A DNA stretch of 64,000 nt from a virus: IMG/VR virus record IMGVR_UViG_3300042486_001390, positions 1 through 64,000 of that record; one strand, written 5' to 3'. Position numbers and translations under genes: made by a program. Under the pieces are notes generated by a model, which worked only from the letters and a program-made list of their open reading frames with translations, did not search any database and was not told the origin of the DNA. The stretch's first letter is position 1. Every line of letters begins with the position of its first letter. Below are positions 27,575 through 36,908 of the stretch, one piece after another.

Positions 27575-27830
27575 TTATTTTTACCTTTTGATTTCTTTTT
27601 GCACTTTGTTCAGTATTGAGCCACAGAGGATCAATGATCACAGATACCTGTATTCTTTCTTGGTTTTTTGTTCCGTCTGGTGGTTCGATTAATATCTTCT
27701 CTTGTTGACTTATTTCTCGATCAAACGTACCGAAAGAAAACCAGAGGTAATTATTGATTATTCTAGAATTGACTAACATTACCTCTTGGTTTTCATCAAC
27801 AAGGAGTTTAACTGTTTTAATTGAGATCAT
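27537..27830 (-). CDS. Hypothetical tail-module protein
   Basis: 97-aa ORF overlapping both neighbours. Confidence 0.6.
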   Translation of the reverse strand: MISIKTVKLLVDENQEVMLVNSRIINNYLWFSFGTFDREISQQEKILIEPPDGTKNQERIQVSVIIDPLWLNTEQSAKRNQKVKINGEVKRIRQIEI

Positions 27831-28554
27831 CGGCTACATTAGGAGAAAATGGCGACGTTGCCATCGGTTTAATGTCAAACACATTGCCACTAATAGTTAG
27901 AGTTACGTTTGCTTGTAGGAAATTGCCTTTTTCACCACTAACATTTTGGCTAACATTTGTCTGGAATGCTAACCCCCCGCGCTGCCCCATATAGACAATT
28001 TCAAGGTAAATTCGATCACCTCTTTGCTCTGCAGCTTTTACAATTTCATATCCAGGATCACCATGTACAAGCGGACCTGATACCGATCCAGTGCTCATGA
28101 TCTCAGAGATAAATTTTTCTACCGCCATTTCACCGAAGACAGAATCAGTAACCTCGGTAGAAGAGGTATCAACGTTGAAGGTCTTGGCGCTCAAAAAAGG
28201 AACCCAGGATTTAATTGTGCATTTTTGAGCGGGAGTAGCAAGGGTAGCAGCAATTTTGGAAGGTTCGATCTGGATTTCTGTCTGGGTTGCTGTCGTCGCT
28301 GTTCGGACGATCACGTAATTACCGGCAGTCCCCACATAAATTAAAGTGCCAGCATATAAAATTCGGCCAAAACCCCCAGTCGCTACGGTAAGAGTGGTAT
28401 CACCTAAGACGATCGCGGCAGCTAAATCAGCTACTCGTGTGGGAGGTTCCTCTCCAAATCCGTAAACACCAGAGATAAAAAATTGCGTATCACGGCTAGG
28501 GGTGAGGTTGTCACTCCGGTTCAACTCTAAAATCTGATTGGACATTCTAATCAC
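27817..28554 (-). CDS. Major tail tube protein (putative)
   Basis: 245 aa rich in T/G/A/V; GDPGYEIV and LTISG motifs; position upstream of the chaperones. Confidence 0.65.
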   Translation of the reverse strand: MIRMSNQILELNRSDNLTPSRDTQFFISGVYGFGEEPPTRVADLAAAIVLGDTTLTVATGGFGRILYAGTLIYVGTAGNYVIVRTATTATQTEIQIEPSKIAATLATPAQKCTIKSWVPFLSAKTFNVDTSSTEVTDSVFGEMAVEKFISEIMSTGSVSGPLVHGDPGYEIVKAAEQRGDRIYLEIVYMGQRGGLAFQTNVSQNVSGEKGNFLQANVTLTISGNVFDIKPMATSPFSPNVADDLN

Positions 28555-28607
28555 TGACTAAACTTTTCTAGTTATATTGTACTATAAAAGATTAGTAAAT
28601 GTGTACT

Positions 28608-29057
28608 CTAGAAGCCTAAAAGTCTAGCAGTGGTAATTTTAAAGGTCGCTTTTGGTCTGATAATCCCTTCGGGGGTTTTGGTATAAGGAGTTAAGTGAGG
28701 CTGATCTAGAAAATTCCAGTAGCGAGAAGATTTAAGCCTTTCAATCACTGGTGTTAGGGATTTCTCTAGATTGTACTGTTTTAGGGTAATGCAATAGTTA
28801 TTTATACCTACGGTATATCCTAGTAAATTTTCGTGATAAGGATTAGGCTCTCTTTGAATAATTGCTTCGATGCCGCTATTAGGTTTTACTTTATAGTTAG
28901 GGGGTAATTCAGGAGGCTCCACCCAAATAGCGTCTATTTCATTTAATTTTTGCCCTGTAGGGCTTGTTATTTCGTACTTGCCTAAGTCAATACCGATAAG
29001 TATCTTTAAATTGTTTCTAATACCTAATAAAATATCTCTTAATTCTGATTCACTCAT
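28608..29057 (-). CDS. Tail terminator / completion protein (putative)
   Basis: Size and position between the gp10-like and tail tube genes. Confidence 0.5.
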   Translation of the reverse strand: MSESELRDILLGIRNNLKILIGIDLGKYEITSPTGQKLNEIDAIWVEPPELPPNYKVKPNSGIEAIIQREPNPYHENLLGYTVGINNYCITLKQYNLEKSLTPVIERLKSSRYWNFLDQPHLTPYTKTPEGIIRPKATFKITTARLLGF

Positions 29058-29448
29058 TTAATTTTTCCTTTAAGATTTCACTATAAGCCTCAATTGGATT
29101 ATAGTCTTCTATAGCCGTGTCGATAAATGGGCGGGCAGGAACATCTGTCACCGTCCCATCGTTACGCTCTATTTGATACCCTTCATGGACAAGAGCGGCA
29201 TGATCAGCCGTGTAACCGATTACTTTATAAACATCGGATACATCTTCAATAAATTGGCTATTTTTTAGCTCACCTGTGTCCACAATGTCCCGGGGTGAGC
29301 CAACTACACTACCGTTTTGACGCACGGTTTCCCGTGGCCAGTTCCATTTACTATCTTCTATCTGAAAGTTAATTTCTTGGGCAAACTCGGACACCATTTC
29401 CCCAAAAGCTTCAGTAGCTAAGTCTTTTCCTAGATTCCAGTTAATCAT
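29050..29448 (-). CDS. HK97 gp10-like neck / tail completion protein
   Basis: VDTGELKNS, HAALVHEG and PARPF motifs. Confidence 0.75.
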   Translation of the reverse strand: MINWNLGKDLATEAFGEMVSEFAQEINFQIEDSKWNWPRETVRQNGSVVGSPRDIVDTGELKNSQFIEDVSDVYKVIGYTADHAALVHEGYQIERNDGTVTDVPARPFIDTAIEDYNPIEAYSEILKEKLNE

Positions 29449-29552
29449 TAAAAAATAGCTGCAAGTTATCCTTACAGCTATTATAACAACTTTAGACTAT
29501 CCGTAATTGGATAGTCGACTCTTATGTCTCGTGGTGAGATATTAATTTATCA

Positions 29553-29909
29553 TTAAAGACTCAAACAATCCTTTAAATTTAACGTTTCTCCATCCTTTTT
29601 GAATTTTGAGAAAAGTTGTAACTCACCGTTAATACGTTTTGTGGTTTGTTTATCAATAGTTCCTATGCCTTGAGTTAAGGAATCCGAAAAAGTCTTACAG
29701 TCTTGCGTGTAAGTTTTTTGAATAAACCACTGCCCGCAATTGCAGTCTTTCTCGTCTATTATGTATTTTATCTGAAAAAATACCCATTCTACGCCATGAT
29801 AATTAATATTTGCCGAGAAATCTGAGTAACTCTTCCAAAACTTACACTCTCTTTCACTTGGACTAAAAACGTTTAGAACTTGTTCTTGAAACTCTTGAAA
29901 TGATAGCAT
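29553..29909 (-). CDS. Hypothetical protein
   Basis: 118-aa ORF with a GGAG RBS. Confidence 0.65.
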   Translation of the reverse strand: MLSFQEFQEQVLNVFSPSERECKFWKSYSDFSANINYHGVEWVFFQIKYIIDEKDCNCGQWFIQKTYTQDCKTFSDSLTQGIGTIDKQTTKRINGELQLFSKFKKDGETLNLKDCLSL

Positions 29910-29928
29910 AATTACTCCCGTTGATTCA

Positions 29929-30159
29929 CTACTTTAGTTTAATAACTTGACCAGTCTCCAAACACATAGCTTCAAAATACAATAACTTGTCTCGTTGATT
30001 GTAATACTCAAAAATTTTGGTAACATCTTCTTCTGTATTTATATTGGAAAAATACTGTTGAGGTATTCCTTCTTTGTTGTATATAATGGCCCCGGTAGTA
30101 AAAGTTTGGTTTTTAGGATTGCCATCTTTATCTTCTTCTGCAAAGATTAATTGAAACAT
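29929..30159 (-). CDS. Hypothetical protein
   Basis: 76-aa ORF with a GAGG RBS. Confidence 0.65.
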   Translation of the reverse strand: MFQLIFAEEDKDGNPKNQTFTTGAIIYNKEGIPQQYFSNINTEEDVTKIFEYYNQRDKLLYFEAMCLETGQVIKLK

Positions 30160-30216
30160 AATTACCTCTGTTGATTTGTGGTTAATAACTGATAACTGAT
30201 AACTAAAATTACTCGG

Positions 30217-30987
30217 CTAATTGTCGCAGACTACCCGAAAACCATTATCGTAGTAGCGGTAGTCGCGACGGTCTTCGTAGCAGCGGTAAGCGGAACGGCA
30301 GTAAATCGGATAGTTGTACCAGGAACCACCCCGCAGACAACTATCTTTGCACCACTCCCAAACATTACCATTCATGTCATATAGTCCCCAACCATTGGGC
30401 TTTTTCTGTCCTACGGGATGAGTTGTGTTATTAGAATTTCCGTCATACCAAGCATAATCTCCTAACTGATTGACATCATCACCAAAATAATAGCGAGTGG
30501 TTGTCCCCGCACGACAAGCATATTCCCATTCCGCTTCTGTGGGTAGGCGATAGGTTTTCCCGGTTATTTGACTCAATTTCTGACAAAAGGCTTGAGCATC
30601 GTCCCAACTAACCTTTTCTACGGGATTTTGGGGATTATTTTTGAAGTAAGAAGGATTGGTTTCCATTACCGCTTCATATTGTGCCTGAGTAATGGGATAT
30701 TTTCCAATCTTAAAACTGTTGACTTTAACTTGGTGTTGAGGATTTTCATCATCACTAGCATCGGGATCACTATCAGGAGATCCCATGAGAAACTCACCTG
30801 CTGGTAAGCTTACCATTTCTAATGCGATTTGATTGGGTAGTTTTTCGGTCATCGTGAACTCCTTACTCCTAAATGTTTTGTGTTCTAAACCCGCAAGTTT
30901 AGCTAACTCAACCAGATCATCTGTATCTGCATTAGCAAGACGCAGGTATAGTTCTTCAACTTCTCGAATAAAATCTGCATCACTCAT
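30217..30987 (-). CDS. FGE-sulfatase (SUMF1, C-type lectin fold) protein; candidate DGR target
   Basis: FLMGS, PITQAQY, RLPTEAEWEYACRAG, GLYDMNGNVWEW and RGGSW...GFRVV. Confidence 0.9.
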   Translation of the reverse strand: MSDADFIREVEELYLRLANADTDDLVELAKLAGLEHKTFRSKEFTMTEKLPNQIALEMVSLPAGEFLMGSPDSDPDASDDENPQHQVKVNSFKIGKYPITQAQYEAVMETNPSYFKNNPQNPVEKVSWDDAQAFCQKLSQITGKTYRLPTEAEWEYACRAGTTTRYYFGDDVNQLGDYAWYDGNSNNTTHPVGQKKPNGWGLYDMNGNVWEWCKDSCLRGGSWYNYPIYCRSAYRCYEDRRDYRYYDNGFRVVCDN

Positions 30988-31048
30988 TTTGTTAGTCCTA
31001 AATAGTTGATGATGATAATCAATAACTGATAACTAAACTATCACTTTA

Positions 31049-31243
31049 TTAACTGTTAACAAACTGTTTATCTAGAAACTGTTTATCTAGATCGGCAAGC
31101 TGTTTATCTAGCTTTGCCCGCTTGTCGAGCAAATACTCATAGACTAATGAACATTCTTCGATATGTCCCGCTTTTCTTAAGTCAATTAGCTGGCACTGGA
31201 CGCAAAATAGCTCATGGTATGCGATTCGCTCTTGGTCGGTCAT
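31049..31243 (-). CDS. Hypothetical protein
   Basis: 64-aa ORF directly behind a repeated promoter/RBS cassette. Confidence 0.65.
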   Translation of the reverse strand: MTDQERIAYHELFCVQCQLIDLRKAGHIEECSLVYEYLLDKRAKLDKQLADLDKQFLDKQFVNS

Positions 31244-31314
31244 CGTAGTAACCTCTTTGTGTGTTTTGGTATATACCCAATATAACAGGTATATGTTTTC
31301 GTGTCAAGGGGTTT
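31240..31314 (-). promoter_or_regulatory. 75-bp promoter-UTR-RBS cassette (identical to 32506-32580)
   Basis: TTGACA-N17-TATATT then GAGG RBS and ATG; related copy near 31760-31828. Confidence 0.8.
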
Positions 31315-31504
31315 TTGTTTTTTTCAACCGATAACGACGACATCTTTCGGCGTTAGTCATTGAATCAGGGTGGGAGGGTTTTCCTGCTGGATTACCAGTA
31401 AAGTGGTAATTGCAGTCTTTACAGCGATAACGCTGCTTTCCTGACACAGAGAACCCTTTTTTAGAGATTCTCTGTGATTGACATTTAGGACATTGCATTG
31501 TCAT
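31304..31504 (-). CDS. InsA-like zinc-ribbon protein
   Basis: CPKC...GKQRYRCKDC plus a basic MTNAERCRRYR tail; no IS1 transposase nearby. Confidence 0.7.
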   Translation of the reverse strand: MTMQCPKCQSQRISKKGFSVSGKQRYRCKDCNYHFTGNPAGKPSHPDSMTNAERCRRYRLKKTKTP

Positions 31505-31755
31505 TTAATGATAAATGATAGATGAGAATACTGTAACAGTAGATCAATCCATTGATCTTTGGTGTAACTTAACGGCTTCTCGTTAATGGTTGAAGTAGTT
31601 AGTCCTATAGCACTTGCAAGTGCTACTAATTCAGTAGATTTTAGCTTTTTAAGACTTTTTTCTGCTTTAACATATAGTTGTTCGTGTTCGTGAGAACCAA
31701 TAGTGACATTTTTGAATTTTTGAGCAAATTCCTTTAATGTGTTTAACCCGTTCAT
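31501..31755 (-). CDS. Hypothetical protein
   Basis: 84-aa ORF behind a related promoter cassette. Confidence 0.6.
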   Translation of the reverse strand: MNGLNTLKEFAQKFKNVTIGSHEHEQLYVKAEKSLKKLKSTELVALASAIGLTTSTINEKPLSYTKDQWIDLLLQYSHLSFIIK

Positions 31756-31840
31756 CTGTTTAACTCTTTTGTGTTTGTTTTTCTATATCCCCATTGTAGG
31801 GGATATGTTTTATGTCGTCAAGGGGTTTGGAAAATATTTT

Positions 31841-32509
31841 TCAAATAACCCCGTAGTCTGACAATGCAAATACTGACTCCATGTCTCCTTTTTTTGCTTT
31901 TGCTTTTGCTTCTTTGACAACTTTCAAATCAGCTAAGTTTCTTTCTCTCATTTTGTCATCCATTTTGCGATAAGCTTTTTCGGCTTCTTTGAAACTTTTA
32001 AAGACCGAAATGCTACCCCATACTTCGGTCTGATAGCAATCTTGGAATAAACCAGATTGTAAATCTTTTTTAATTTTAAAGATAATTCTCTCGAAAATGG
32101 TGTCGGTAACAGCACCTTCAAAACCGACTACATAAAAAGATTTTCCATTAACAGATAAATGTGCTATACAAGCGGCGCGTCCAGTATTGACACAGCCTAA
32201 CGATTCCACTCCTACCACATAACTTAGGTGGCGAGATAACTTGTGTTGTAAAGACTGTTCTTTACTGGTCGTCGCTTGTTTTTTGACAGTCTTAACTTGA
32301 TTGACATTGACTGTGACTTTATATGTCTGTAGTTTTTCCATATATTTTTCTGACCAAGCCTTAGCCGCTTCATAGCTACGGCGGTAAGATACTTTATCAT
32401 CAGGAAAATAACAGAACCACTTATCTTGATCAATTCCCACACCTTTTTTAATTTCAACTTTTTCTGCTGTTGCAACGTAGTGACCAGGTGCTTGTCTGTT
32501 AAATTTCAT
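31841..32509 (-). CDS. Hypothetical early protein
   Basis: 222-aa ORF behind the 75-bp cassette. Confidence 0.7.
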   Translation of the reverse strand: MKFNRQAPGHYVATAEKVEIKKGVGIDQDKWFCYFPDDKVSYRRSYEAAKAWSEKYMEKLQTYKVTVNVNQVKTVKKQATTSKEQSLQHKLSRHLSYVVGVESLGCVNTGRAACIAHLSVNGKSFYVVGFEGAVTDTIFERIIFKIKKDLQSGLFQDCYQTEVWGSISVFKSFKEAEKAYRKMDDKMRERNLADLKVVKEAKAKAKKGDMESVFALSDYGVI

Positions 32510-32580
32510 CGTAGTAACCTCTTTGTGTGTTTTGGTATATACCCAATATAACAGGTATATGTTTTCGTGTCAAGGGGTTT
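32506..32580 (-). promoter_or_regulatory. 75-bp promoter-UTR-RBS cassette (identical to 31240-31314)
   Basis: Exact direct repeat. Confidence 0.8.
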
Positions 32581-32709
32581 AAGAAATATTTCTTAAACCC
32601 TGATGAGACTAGCTAAGATACATATTCACCAAATTAAAGATAGGTGGGATTAATAGCCTGAGTGGACAAATAACACCGTTATTTGTCCACTCAATAACGT
32701 TACCACTCC

Positions 32710-32952
32710 TCATCCACTCAACATGACAGAACGTACACATTGCAAAGTGAATAATGGTGCAGAATTTACTTGGCTTTTTGCATACAAACACAGGAAGCTG
32801 TCAGCATAACTACCACAAGTGTAGTTAGGATCAGTAGTGATCCAGTTCCAGTGGTGTTCAATACCTGCAACAGCTGCAGGCAGTGTATTGTACTGCCCAA
32901 TTTCTAGAGATTGGTTGGTAGCGTCATTTTGCCATTCTATGTAAAAAGCCAT
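32710..32952 (-). CDS. Hypothetical protein
   Basis: 80-aa ORF with a GAGG RBS behind an operator-promoter cassette. Confidence 0.65.
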   Translation of the reverse strand: MAFYIEWQNDATNQSLEIGQYNTLPAAVAGIEHHWNWITTDPNYTCGSYADSFLCLYAKSQVNSAPLFTLQCVRSVMLSG

Positions 32953-32987
32953 AACTTTGTCCTCTTGTGTTTTGTTTGCTTGATTCT

Positions 32988-33050
32988 ATCTTATGATATT
33001 CTCCCATAAATGTCAACTATCTGGGAGAATCTTTCTTGAACAAGTGTACT
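32988..33050 (-). promoter_or_regulatory. Operator-promoter cassette, copy 1
   Basis: TTGACA-N17-TAAGAT with inverted ATTCTCCCA/TGGGAGAAT arms flanking the -35 box. Confidence 0.8.
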
Positions 33051-33072
33051 ACTGACAACTGATAACTAGAAG

Positions 33073-34005
33073 CTAACTAATCTCTAAGTCGTTAGCGTCA
33101 GCAAAGTCATAGATGTCCATGTACCAGTCTGACCATTCATCAGGGTCAGACAAATTGACTTTATCGACTGACCACCGTGCAGTCTGTAAATATAAGCCTG
33201 CTTTCCACTTATCAGGATATGGTTGCTTTGCTTTCTCAGCATCGGTAGGGGTGAGGATAAACTGGAGAATATTTCCGTTCCATTTACCTTTTTTGATATT
33301 GTAAAAGCAAAACAAGGCATCAATTAAGTCGTCGCACTCTTGCTGGTAATCAGCAAAGTTTTCTGGCAGTTTAAACTTAGATTTTTTAGCCGTCGGTTTT
33401 TTATCTGATTTAGGTTCTGGTTTGTCTTCTAATTGACTGCTTTTTAATTGCTTATTTTCCTGTTCCAGTTGATAAATACGAGCCGTCAAGTGGTTAATAA
33501 TCTCAGATCCTTCTTTATTCTCACGCTGTCTGAAATTGTGCATCTCTTCAAGAGATTGAGTCAATTCAAGATTTTCCCATTTCAGTCTTTGAGCTAAATT
33601 AGTTAATTGCCGATTTTTTTCCCATAATTCCTCATTTGAAATAGAGTCCTTGGTAATTACAGGTTCACCTAACAACCAATCAACGAGAGCAACCTGTCTT
33701 TTTTCAGAGACTGATAACTCGTTATCAGTCTTTAACTCATTTTCTGGAAGGGTGTATTTGCAATGATCTAAATAGTCCCACAAATTATCAAAGCCATCAC
33801 AGTCACCCTGATCATAGTTTTCTAGTTTGTCCCAAAGCTTTTGGGTGTCATAGTAACCAACAAATAGCCCTTGCGTGTGGACCGTAACACAATCACCGTT
33901 ATCAGTGACTGACAATTTTTCTCCGAAACACTCTTGGCTAATTTGATTGAGGGTGCTTTGGAGAAGCCTGATAACTGTATCTCTTTTGTGCCATTCGATA
34001 GACAT
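33073..34005 (-). CDS. Hypothetical coiled-coil protein
   Basis: 310-aa ORF behind operator-promoter copy 2. Confidence 0.7.
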   Translation of the reverse strand: MSIEWHKRDTVIRLLQSTLNQISQECFGEKLSVTDNGDCVTVHTQGLFVGYYDTQKLWDKLENYDQGDCDGFDNLWDYLDHCKYTLPENELKTDNELSVSEKRQVALVDWLLGEPVITKDSISNEELWEKNRQLTNLAQRLKWENLELTQSLEEMHNFRQRENKEGSEIINHLTARIYQLEQENKQLKSSQLEDKPEPKSDKKPTAKKSKFKLPENFADYQQECDDLIDALFCFYNIKKGKWNGNILQFILTPTDAEKAKQPYPDKWKAGLYLQTARWSVDKVNLSDPDEWSDWYMDIYDFADANDLEIS

Positions 34006-34041
34006 GACTTAGTACCTTGTGTGTTTTGTTTGCCTAGATTT

Positions 34042-34104
34042 ATCTTACAATATTCTCCCAATAATATCAAGTATGTGGGAGAATTATTTCTGAGCAGATG
34101 TACT
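34042..34104 (-). promoter_or_regulatory. Operator-promoter cassette, copy 2
   Basis: TTGATA-N17-TAAGAT with the same inverted arms. Confidence 0.8.
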
Positions 34105-34455
34105 ACGTCTTTTTTTGTAGCGTTGGTGTTGATCCTGTTTTCGTTTAGGATCAAGTTCTCGATGTTCTAAACAATACCCAGAATTGTTTCTGGTATTAAG
34201 TGCCGTAAATTTACCCAAAACTAGGCAAGCAACGCAGTATTTGGTTTTAGGGATACTTATCTCTACAGAGAAATTAATCCCTTTTATTTCAGGCTGTTTA
34301 TCACAGATTAAAGCTACTCTTGTTAGGGCTATGCCCGACAAAGAGTAGTCTTGTAGCTTAACAAGATTTAAGTTAGTGTCGATATTGTCAATTTTTTGAA
34401 TAGAAGATTTTAAAATTTTAAAATCTTCTGATTTAAGGGACAAGATTAGAATCAT
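34084..34455 (-). CDS. Hypothetical protein with a C-terminal CxxC...CxxH zinc motif
   Basis: CVAC...YCLEH and a basic tail. Confidence 0.6.
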   Translation of the reverse strand: MILILSLKSEDFKILKSSIQKIDNIDTNLNLVKLQDYSLSGIALTRVALICDKQPEIKGINFSVEISIPKTKYCVACLVLGKFTALNTRNNSGYCLEHRELDPKRKQDQHQRYKKRRSTSAQK

Positions 34456-34565
34456 GGCAAATACGCTGTCAATAGATTAAATTAAGCAGTTTAGTGACTT
34501 GCTTAGGTCACTGAATTTTAGATAATATAAACAAGCCTTCGGACTTGCTTGGTTCACCTTCTCTA

Positions 34566-34766
34566 TTAAAAATAGATATGGTCTGTCAGTGCATTTAGGG
34601 ACTTTTGTTGTTCCCATGTTAGGGTAATTTCTTTTTTGAGCTTTAACTGCTCAATAGCTGATTCTACTTTTAGAATTTCTATAACAATTTTAGCTTTGGC
34701 ACGATTGCCTTTAGTAATCTTAAGTTGAGCTTCCAATCGAGCCAGTTTAGTTTGCAATGTGTTCAT
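34566..34766 (-). CDS. Hypothetical protein, paralogous to the N-terminus of 36909-37370
   Basis: MNTLQTKLARLEAQLKITKG versus MNNLQSKLARLNAQLAITRG. Confidence 0.7.
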   Translation of the reverse strand: MNTLQTKLARLEAQLKITKGNRAKAKIVIEILKVESAIEQLKLKKEITLTWEQQKSLNALTDHIYF

Positions 34767-34798
34767 GCCGTCGTTCTGTCTCTTGTTTGCCTAGTCTT

Positions 34799-34863
34799 AT
34801 CTTACAAAATTCTCCCAATAAAGTCAAGTATGTGGGTCAATCTTTTTTCTGAACGTTTGTACT
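34799..34863 (-). promoter_or_regulatory. Operator-promoter cassette, copy 3
   Basis: TTGACT-N17-TAAGAT; one operator arm is degenerate. Confidence 0.75.
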
Positions 34864-34879
34864 AAGTATATTTACTTGT

Positions 34880-35342
34880 TATCATTGTAGATACATTGTA
34901 GATAGGGTGATCTACAACCGAAACCGTTACCCTGTAAAGGTTCTAGACTTTGTTGATAATGTCGATGTCTTATAAAGGAAAAAGATAAAAGAATAAACCA
35001 GACTGGACAATAAAAAGACTGCGAGAGATAACTAAGTTCAGCAGTAGAAAGAAAAAACCAAAGTCAGCAATAAATCTGTTAGTTTGTAGATAGATTGTAG
35101 ATAAGGTTATTTACAATCGAAAGCCTTATAGGGTATAGATTTCAAGGTTTGTTTATCTTGTCGACACTCTATACAGAGAGAGAAAAGATAGGGAGAAATA
35201 AACGAACTGGACAATAAGAGAAGGATAAAAAATCCTGACACAGGGAAATAGAGTAACAATATAAACAAAGTCTAGAACCTATATATATCAATGCTTTTTG
35301 TTGTTGATCACCTTATCTACAATCTATTTACAAACTAACAAA
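34880..35342. repeat. Three copies of the composite palindromic element
   Basis: 26-bp cores at 34894-34919, 35093-35118 and 35299-35324. Confidence 0.8.
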
Positions 35343-35348
35343 CTATAG

Positions 35349-35424
35349 CCCCCCTATGGGTCCATAGGGGGTTTATCTTGAATGTCGGGGTGAAGACCCT
35401 CGCTTTTAGCGATGGGAGTGTCAA
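35349..35424 (+). mobile_element. Possible IS200/IS605-family end remnant (no coding sequence)
   Basis: Hairpin CCCCCTATGG-GT-CCATAGGGGG, then CCCTCGCTTTTAGCGATGGGAGTGTCAA, resembling an IS605 right-end hairpin ending in TCAA. Confidence 0.45.
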
Positions 35425-35440
35425 ATGGGTTTAGGTATTT

Positions 35441-36146
35441 TTACCGTTTTTTGTCGTTTCTCATAAGCATTCGACCGCCTCGCCATCCCCGTGCTTTTTC
35501 TCGTTCGGTTTCGAGTAGGTTAAATTTAGCTATATCGCGCTCTTTTTCGGCGTGTAATTCTTCGATCACTAGCCGCTTATAGTCAAGCATCGAGTTTTTG
35601 CTGCTAAAGTCAGCGATCATAGTCTTTTGAGTTTTGATCAACTCCTCTAGTATTTGCTTCTCTTCGCTTAGTTTGACGATTTGGCTCTCAAGTTTGCCTT
35701 ACCTCTGTAATTGCCTCGCTCTTGACGCGAAAACCAGCTAATGCGTGAAGGAATAATCGGACTCCTAGCTTAAGCACTTGAGAGGCTAACTCAGGATTAT
35801 CCTTTGGCAACCACTTACAGATTAGGTCTTCTGGGATTAGATAAACCCCTTGCAACCCGCCCTCTGTTTGAATTTGAGCCTGTTTTAGCAATCCTAATCC
35901 TAACCCCATTGTGTTACCCCCTTGTAACCCGCTCCCTGTTTGAATTTGAGGGCGATTTGGAGATTCAGAAGTTACCCCCTTGCTATCTTCTTTAAATAGC
36001 CGGTTTAACCGCATAGTGATAGCGTTGTGGCTTTTCCCGGACATACGAGCATATCCTTTGATTGAGGCAAAGCTTTCACCGGTCTGAGTGTCGATAATTA
36101 ATTCAATACCGTCGTGATCAAAACGTTGTAAAATTAGATCAGCCAT
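35441..36146 (-). pseudogene. KilA-N / antirepressor-like DNA-binding protein split by a 1-nt frameshift near 35700
   Basis: ORF 35688-36146 (GIELII...GESFASIKGYARMSGK) continues in another frame as KLESQIVKLSEEKQILEELIKTQ into ORF 35441-35641. Confidence 0.55.
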
Positions 36147-36390
36147 GTTAGCCTCTACAGTAGGTTGACTTAGTTAGTCCCTCGCGTCAACGAGGGCATA
36201 TTAATATTGTACTACATTAAATAATCAATTATTCCCCAATATAGAAAATTCTATATTGGGGAATCTGGACACAGAAAAAACGAAAATCAGGGAACCTGCT
36301 AACAAAAACAACAAACTAATAAAACCTATATACATCAATACTTTTCACTGTTAATACACTGCTAACAATCTGTTAACAGTGTATTAACTA

Positions 36391-36418
36391 AAAACCCGTC
36401 AATCAATTGACGGGTTTT
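36391..36418. terminator. Bidirectional terminator-like hairpin
   Basis: AAAACCCGTCAAT-CA-ATTGACGGGTTTT. Confidence 0.7.
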
Positions 36419-36420
36419 GA

Positions 36421-36741
36421 TTAATTAAATTTTTTGTACTCTTGTAGTATTAGGTCGGTTGCCTCCTCAATTCGGTTTCCTTTTGATAGTAGTTTAAGAA
36501 TTTTAGCCAAAACTTGTCTGACTCGTTCTTTACCTATTCCTAATTCTGCTGTAGTTGATGCCACTCTAAAGCGATAGTTCCGATGCCGGGAAGTAACAGG
36601 CACTGGGTCAAGATTGTTGTTTTTTGCCCACACCAGATAGATGTAGGCTTGTCTGGAAGTTATCACTTTTGTTTTTCTAGTCTTAATTTTTGAAAACATT
36701 TGGCGGATCGTGCCATCAAGATCAAGTAATAAAGCTTTCAT
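36421..36741 (-). CDS. Small protein with a sigma70 region-4-like HTH and a HAD-like N-terminal fragment
   Basis: LLDLDGTI at the N-terminus; TAELGIGKERVRQV at the C-terminus. Confidence 0.5.
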   Translation of the reverse strand: MKALLLDLDGTIRQMFSKIKTRKTKVITSRQAYIYLVWAKNNNLDPVPVTSRHRNYRFRVASTTAELGIGKERVRQVLAKILKLLSKGNRIEEATDLILQEYKKFN

Positions 36742-36908
36742 TTTTTCAAATTTTCCCCTACTTAAGCTTCAGGACATCCCTAGTAGGGATTAGATAAAGC
36801 GCACGCGACTACGACTATAGTACATAGTTTCAATTCCTAATAGGAGTTCTTTGTGCAGCTACCTTAAGTAAATCACTTAATTCTTGATAAGTGTTTTGCC
36901 GTGCCACT

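Noticed and set aside
30217-30987. Complete DGR in this window
   Set aside because: No reverse transcriptase, avd gene or template repeat was seen
31304-31504. IS1 element
   Set aside because: Only the zinc ribbon is present; no InsB catalytic domain or terminal inverted repeats
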